From positions 1 through 64,000 of the forward strand of contig CAVTCR010000018.1 of assembly GCA_963733195.1 (NCBI GenBank): a stretch of DNA of 64,000 nt, written 5' to 3'. The translations under genes and the position numbers were made by a program. The first letter of the stretch is position 1. Every line of letters starts with the position of its first letter. This DNA is from an uncultured delta proteobacterium. GTDB taxonomy: Bacteria > Desulfobacterota > Binatia > Bin18. Under the pieces are notes generated by a model that did no database searches, was not told the DNA's origin, and worked only from the letters and a program-made list of their open reading frames with translations. This document shows, piece by piece, positions 63,095-64,000 of this stretch.

Positions 63095-63931
63095 ATGAAA
63101 CAAATGGATCGGGCAGCCCTCGATGGCCTCGAACTTGAATACGAAGTCCAAGGTACTGGGGAGCCAGTCGTGCTGATGCATGCCGGCGTCTGCGCTGACT
63201 TTTTCAAGCCGCTCTTGAAGGAACCAGCTCTTACCAGCCGGTATCGCTTGCTCAGTTACCATCGTGTCGGCTATGCGGGCAGTACCCGCTTAGTTGGTGC
63301 GGTTAGCATCGCGCAACAGGCGGCCCATTGTCGCTCCCTGATGCGCTACCTCGGCATTGAGCGAGCACACATTATTGGGCACTCCTCCAGCGCGATGATG
63401 GCCCTCCAACTGGCCTTGGATGCTCCGGAGACGGTGCAAACCCTGGCCCTTCTGGATACAGCGCGACCCGCGCCATCGAGCGAGGTACAGATGGAGTTCA
63501 TCAAAGCCGTCGTGCAACCTGCCTTGCAGCGTTACGACGCGAGCGACAAGGCCAGGGCCGTGGATACTTGGATGCAGGGGATCTGCGGGCCGGATTACCG
63601 GGCCGCGCTGGAGCAAGCCCTGCCAGACTCCTTTGACCAAGCCGTAGCTGACGCGGATACGTTCTTCGGCCAGGAACTGCCGGCGGTGCAGCAGTGGACG
63701 TTTACACAGGAAGACGCGCGTCGCATCATCCAGCCGGTCCTGGCTGTCCTGGGGGCGGAGAGCCGTCCAACCTTCCGCGAGCGACAGGAACTGTTGCTCG
63801 CTTGGTTGCCAGACGTAGAGTCCTTCATCCTCCCCAACGCGACACACCTGCTGCATGTGCAGAATCCCCGCGGCATGGCAGAGGGCCTGGCTGCCTTCTT
63901 CGCCCGTCACCCGCTCTTGGCATCTACCTGA
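63095..63931 (+). CDS. alpha/beta fold hydrolase
   Basis: G.GEPVVLMH, HIIGHSSSA, ATHLL..NP. Confidence 0.85.
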   Translation: MKQMDRAALDGLELEYEVQGTGEPVVLMHAGVCADFFKPLLKEPALTSRYRLLSYHRVGYAGSTRLVGAVSIAQQAAHCRSLMRYLGIERAHIIGHSSSAMMALQLALDAPETVQTLALLDTARPAPSSEVQMEFIKAVVQPALQRYDASDKARAVDTWMQGICGPDYRAALEQALPDSFDQAVADADTFFGQELPAVQQWTFTQEDARRIIQPVLAVLGAESRPTFRERQELLLAWLPDVESFILPNATHLLHVQNPRGMAEGLAAFFARHPLLAST

Positions 63932-64000
63932 AGGCGATTATGTCTTACTTGACGCCATGGGTTCGCAGAAGCACAAATCTGGCAGTTTTGATGGAGTTGC

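Noticed and set aside
1-64000. CRISPR array or prophage
   Set aside because: No regularly spaced 25-45 nt repeats with unique spacers, no cas or phage structural genes seen

Overview
A 64 kb stretch of ~54% GC (by eye) bacterial chromosome. Gene content (many LLM oxidoreductases, acyl-CoA/thiolase/SDR enzymes, MMPL/RND proteins, a wHTH-AAA-TPR regulator, tRNA-Leu then M16 peptidase-prmA-rsmE-gshB) suggests a Binatia/deltaproteobacterial-type genome; this is inference. About 15 genes are split by apparent single-base frameshifts, most likely long-read indel errors. Standout items: (1) an uninterrupted 1082-aa MMPL/RND-histidine kinase fusion (29748-32996) in a signalling cluster with a REC-output regulator, a single-domain REC protein and a REC-class III cyclase carrying a guanylyl-cyclase-type Glu; (2) a thioredoxin-fold protein with an in-frame UGA (WASW-U-GC) and an adjacent SECIS-like hairpin; (3) about a dozen dispersed heptamer-tandem-repeat elements, often palindromic, with shared architecture but different sequences, including one in frame inside a receiver domain and one at the prmA start; (4) a TonB receptor/periplasmic binding protein/hybrid kinase module; (5) an HPT-like prenyltransferase/STAND regulator/NNMT-like methyltransferase locus; (6) two IS elements (IS5/IS1031-type and ISL3) with target-site duplications, and an integron-integrase relic. 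All family assignments come from motif recognition by eye, not database searches.
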